A program made the translations under genes and the position numbers. A stretch of 40,565 nt of DNA, from contig JAJCYU010000038.1 in NCBI GenBank assembly GCA_029262755.1, positions 1 to 40,565 on the forward strand, read 5' to 3'. The notes under the pieces are model-generated. The model was not told the DNA's origin and ran no database searches. It saw only the letters and a program-made list of their open reading frames with translations. Of this stretch, positions 37,021 through 40,565 are shown piece by piece. How positions within the stretch are numbered: the first letter of the stretch is position 1; every line of letters starts with the position of its first letter. The stretch is from Anaerolineae bacterium. GTDB lineage: Bacteria > Chloroflexota > Anaerolineae > Epilineales > Epilineaceae.

Positions 37021-39981
37021 TCACGGCCACACCAACAGCAGCGCGTTGCCGTCCACTCTTTCGCCTTCCTCGACGTCAAGGGGACGTCCGTCCAGCCCCT
37101 CGGTAAGCATGAGGCCGAAGCCCGACACGCGACCGTCCGCGACGGCATGCCCCACCCGTGCGTCGAGCGCATGCACGATCTCGACACGCTGGCCTGCATG
37201 CCACGCGGATGGCGGGAAGACGCCCAATCCAAGGGGCCACGCGAGCGTCGAACCGCGAACTCCGTCGCCGGGAGGCAGCGGTAGTACGACCAACCACGGG
37301 TCGCCGCTGCGCAACGCGACCGCTTCCGGCAGGCTCCAGCGCATCACGAGCTCGGTCCCACTGCCGACCATGGCCCTGCGCAGCCATCCCACCTCTAGCG
37401 CAGGCCCATCGCGATAGCGCCCGCTCGCGCCATCGTGTCGATTCGAACGCCCCACACGGCTACCGGGTGCGGTCGAATCGGAGGCCGTCGCACCCACGGC
37501 CTTCGCGCTCGCGCCCGTCGCATCTACACCCGCGGTATCCACCGCAATCGCGCCTTCCACGCTTGCGGCCCGTGCCTCCCAGTCTCTGGAGGCGTCCAGC
37601 TCGCCGGATCGCGCGTCGATGCTCGCCAGGTCATCACCCCCGTCCACGCGGACCGCAAGCAGTCGCGCCCGCGGCTCCAAGTCGCCGCGCTCGGCCCCCA
37701 AGGCGCGCATGCGAAGCGTGCTCGTCGCAGGCAGCGAGGCCCACATTCGGACCGGGTCGAGCCCGTAGGGCATCAAGAACGCACTGCCGCGCCCGGCCTC
37801 GAGGACGGGATCGTAGGGATCCACCAGCCGCAGCGCTTCGATGGGTGCCAGGAAGGCCACGCTCGTCCAGCCGTCGCGCAGCCGCCGGTCGAGCCACACG
37901 GCCGCGCGCTCGCCCGGTGGAGGCCCACGCGTCTCGCGCCCGACGCCTGCGGCCTCCGCAGCGCCGAGCCGCGCCCCGATCGCGTCCGCTCGCGTCGTGG
38001 CCGGCCACGGCGCCGACCACCCACCCGTCCAGCCATAGCCCGTGGCCACAGCCGCCTGGCGCGCGACCTCGACCGCGGCGCCGTCGAAGGCGAGGTACAG
38101 CTCGGACCAGGCCCTCAGGGGATCGCGATGCGCGCGCCGCGGCGGGGGCATGGCTCGGCGAAGCAGCGCACGGGCCCGCCCGGAAGCCGGCCGCGAGTCG
38201 ATCATTCGCCCTTCGTCTTGCCCAGTGAAGGCGATTGTTTCGGCGCCCGGTGGCGCGCCGCCGGCCCCACCCCGTTCCCGGTCCGTGGACGCGACCCGCG
38301 AACGAGGCGCAAGCCCCCAGAACGCTCGTAGCTCGGCAGAGGCGTCGCGCGCCGCGGACGACGGCCAGCGCACGAACTCGGCCGCGGCAGCGCGATGGGC
38401 GAATGGATACTCAGCACGCCCGGAGGCCAGCAGCCGAGCGTAGGCGCTAGTGCCGGCCGCCTCGAGGCCGAGCGCTAGCGTCAAGCCGAGTCCGGCGCCG
38501 ACGAACGCCGCGGATCCGCGCCGCTGCGACCAGCCCATTACGGTGGCGCCCCCCACCCCGGCGATGACCGCCAGCGCCGGTAGCAGGCCCACCGCCCGTA
38601 CGAAGTGCGGCGCGTCCTGCGCCAAGGCCGTCGGCAAGGCGAGCGCGACGATCCACGCCAGCAGCGCGAGCGCGCTCCCCCGCCCCACGTGCTCGCCCGG
38701 CCCTCGCATCGCGACAACGTCCCCGGACTCGCGGTCGCCGCCGTCGTTGCGGTAGCGGTCGTCGTTGCGGTCGCCGCCGCCGTTGCGGTCGATTGCGCCG
38801 CCGTCGTTGCGGTCGGTTGCGCCGCCGTCGTTGCGGTCGCCGCCGTCGTTGCGGTCGGTTGCGTCGCCGTCGCTGCCATCGCCTTCGCCGTCGCCGTCGC
38901 CGTGGCCGCGCGACCTCCTTGGGCCTCGCCGGCCGGCAGCAAACTCCCGACCCACGGTCACGCGCAGGACGATGAACAGTCCGAGCAGCCAGACCGCGGC
39001 CATGGGTGGTGCGAGCAAGGGACGCCCCGGAACGTTATGTCGAGCTATTAGGTCGCCGTGTACGAAGACGAGGCCCGCTGCGCGGCCCAGACCGGCCAGC
39101 AGGGCGCCGGTCAGTGCGACGATGACCTCCATGCCCGCGGCCTCGGTGCCAAGCTCACCAGCGGCAGGCGCGACGCCGGACGCGACCTGCGCCGCGCGCG
39201 TCCAAGGCGCGCTGCCCGACCGGACCGCGGCCAGGACGACGGCCCCCGCGATGACGCTCCATGGCGCGAGCCACGCGGCCACACGCGCCGCCAATCGTAG
39301 GCGTGCCCCCCGCCGCGACGTGCCGATCCGTCGCCGGCCCGCACGGCGACCGAGGGCGGCCCACGCGACGCCCCATGCGAGCACGCCGAGCGGTGCAGCC
39401 CAGGCGGCCGTATAGGTCGCGTGCGCCAGGCCGGCCAGCGCTCCGGAGCCTGCCAGCCACCATCCGGCTCGGGGCGCCCCCGCCGCGTGGCGTCGCCATC
39501 CCACGACCGCCGCCGCACCCGCAAGCGCCAGGACGGCGGGCAACAGGCCGGCACGCAGACCGACGCGCCCCATCCACACCGGCCACGGTGCGATCGCCAT
39601 GACCGCTGCCGCGATCATGCCCGCCCGCCGTCCGGCCATCACGCGACCCAACGCGCACGTTGCCGCGATCGCCACGGCGCCGGCCAAGGCGATAGGCAAC
39701 CGCAACGCAGCGGGCGACGGGCCCAGCAGAGCAACAAACGGCGACGCGATCCAGACAAACAAGGGCTCGCGACCGTTGTTGGCCGGATACCACCCTCTGG
39801 GCCCTTCGATGACGGTGGCCAGCGCGTCCAACCCGTACCAGGCCTCATCGCGGTACATCCCGGGCGGCGCAAGCGCGTCCGGCAAACGCAGCAGGAAGCC
39901 ACCGATCACGAGCAACGCAACCAACCCCTGCCAGGCAAGGCGGGAAGACCGGATACGTTTCCATGGCCACCGTCGCGTCAT
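37021..39981 (-). CDS. GT-C fold membrane glycosyltransferase (GT39/ArnT/PMT-like) with low-complexity insertions
   Basis: After TM1: PPGMYRDEAWYGLDA (DE motif), NNGREPLF, ALRLP.A, PW....R.G.R, RHN.PGRP and APHF.R..G.LP. Start probably ATG 39981. Confidence 0.75.
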   Translation of the reverse strand: MTRRWPWKRIRSSRLAWQGLVALLVIGGFLLRLPDALAPPGMYRDEAWYGLDALATVIEGPRGWYPANNGREPLFVWIASPFVALLGPSPAALRLPIALAGAVAIAATCALGRVMAGRRAGMIAAAVMAIAPWPVWMGRVGLRAGLLPAVLALAGAAAVVGWRRHAAGAPRAGWWLAGSGALAGLAHATYTAAWAAPLGVLAWGVAWAALGRRAGRRRIGTSRRGARLRLAARVAAWLAPWSVIAGAVVLAAVRSGSAPWTRAAQVASGVAPAAGELGTEAAGMEVIVALTGALLAGLGRAAGLVFVHGDLIARHNVPGRPLLAPPMAAVWLLGLFIVLRVTVGREFAAGRRGPRRSRGHGDGDGEGDGSDGDATDRNDGGDRNDGGATDRNDGGAIDRNGGGDRNDDRYRNDGGDRESGDVVAMRGPGEHVGRGSALALLAWIVALALPTALAQDAPHFVRAVGLLPALAVIAGVGGATVMGWSQRRGSAAFVGAGLGLTLALGLEAAGTSAYARLLASGRAEYPFAHRAAAAEFVRWPSSAARDASAELRAFWGLAPRSRVASTDRERGGAGGAPPGAETIAFTGQDEGRMIDSRPASGRARALLRRAMPPPRRAHRDPLRAWSELYLAFDGAAVEVARQAAVATGYGWTGGWSAPWPATTRADAIGARLGAAEAAGVGRETRGPPPGERAAVWLDRRLRDGWTSVAFLAPIEALRLVDPYDPVLEAGRGSAFLMPYGLDPVRMWASLPATSTLRMRALGAERGDLEPRARLLAVRVDGGDDLASIDARSGELDASRDWEARAASVEGAIAVDTAGVDATGASAKAVGATASDSTAPGSRVGRSNRHDGASGRYRDGPALEVGWLRRAMVGSGTELVMRWSLPEAVALRSGDPWLVVLPLPPGDGVRGSTLAWPLGLGVFPPSAWHAGQRVEIVHALDARVGHAVADGRVSGFGLMLTEGLDGRPLDVEEGERVDGNALLLVWP
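38731..38906 (-). repeat. Intragenic VNTR encoding (DRNDGG[AT]) repeats plus a (GD)n run
   Basis: Repeated CGTCGTTGCGGTC units on the + strand; protein GDGDGEGDGSDGDATDRNDGGDRNDGGATDRNDGGAIDRNGGGDRNDDRYRNDGGDR. Confidence 0.88.
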
Positions 39982-40565
39982 GAGCGGCTTATCGCAGGGC
40001 GTGGGCGAATGGAGGTGTAGACGTCGATCACCGGCGCGGCAATGCCCCGTGCCGGTGGGCCGCGCAGGCTCCGCGGACCCCGTGAGCGGTGCGTATGACG
40101 TCGATCGCCGGACACGCGCGGATCGCCAGGCGCGCACGAACATTGAAGAGAACGCGATGCCAACGAATCGAGCTAGTCCCGTCGAACCCGACGATCCCGT
40201 CGCAGGCGATCATCCGTTTGCGCTACGTCGACCGCGAATGCGTCCGGCACCATCCAAGCAATGAGGCCTTGCGCGACGAAACAGAATGGAGCGCTACCGA
40301 ACGGAGCGCACCCACGGGCAACCAGGAAGCGCCGACCCGCCAGAGGCGCGAGTATAGCCCGACCGCCCGGCAGGCGCTTGGAACGATGGCTGTACGCCGC
40401 ATCGACCTGCGATACCATGGACGGCATGAGCGATCACGCGCATCGTACGTGCGCGCTTGAACCACGTGCACCCTGTACTCCCCGCAAGCATCCGGCGACC
40501 ACCCCGATCCGCGCGCCCTGAGGGCCAGACGGCAGGGATGCGAACCGCAGCGGCACCACCACGCC

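Overview
Very GC-rich chromosomal core-genome window. It is most likely from a Chloroflexota bacterium (Anaerolineae/Ardenticatenia-like), inferred from lineage-typical surface-protein domains and the Gram-positive-like recA-recX-rny-spoVS and holB-ricT gene orders. In order it contains: (1) an acyl-CoA dehydrogenase / propionyl-CoA-carboxylase-like operon (carboxyltransferase, biotin carboxylase, biotin carrier cut by the window edge); (2) a secreted S8 protease divergent from a PG-binding/VanW-like gene; (3) recA with a sigma-A promoter and probable LexA box, then recX, rny and spoVS; (4) a convergent, tightly packed 8-gene minus-strand run, radC-amidase-scpA-SRPBCC-M23-beta-propeller-holB-ricT; (5) HAD-RNase D, AI-2E permease, alpha/beta hydrolase, MscS, a PD40/TolB-like protein, hisS and an MFS gene; (6) two large GT-C-type membrane proteins flanking a Thr/Pro-rich anchored protein. 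I found no rRNA, tRNA, CRISPR array, integrase or transposase. The most interesting signals are a RicT (RNase Y partner) with long disordered arms and a (GR)n/poly-Arg tail lying tail-to-tail with rny-spoVS; a shared C-terminal 'LPxxx' motif after Pro/Thr linkers on secreted proteins near a possible protein glycosylation cluster; cell-wall hydrolases translationally coupled to chromosome-segregation and replication genes; and recurrent 6n-bp repeat expansions. All functional calls come from motif recognition only; no searches were run.
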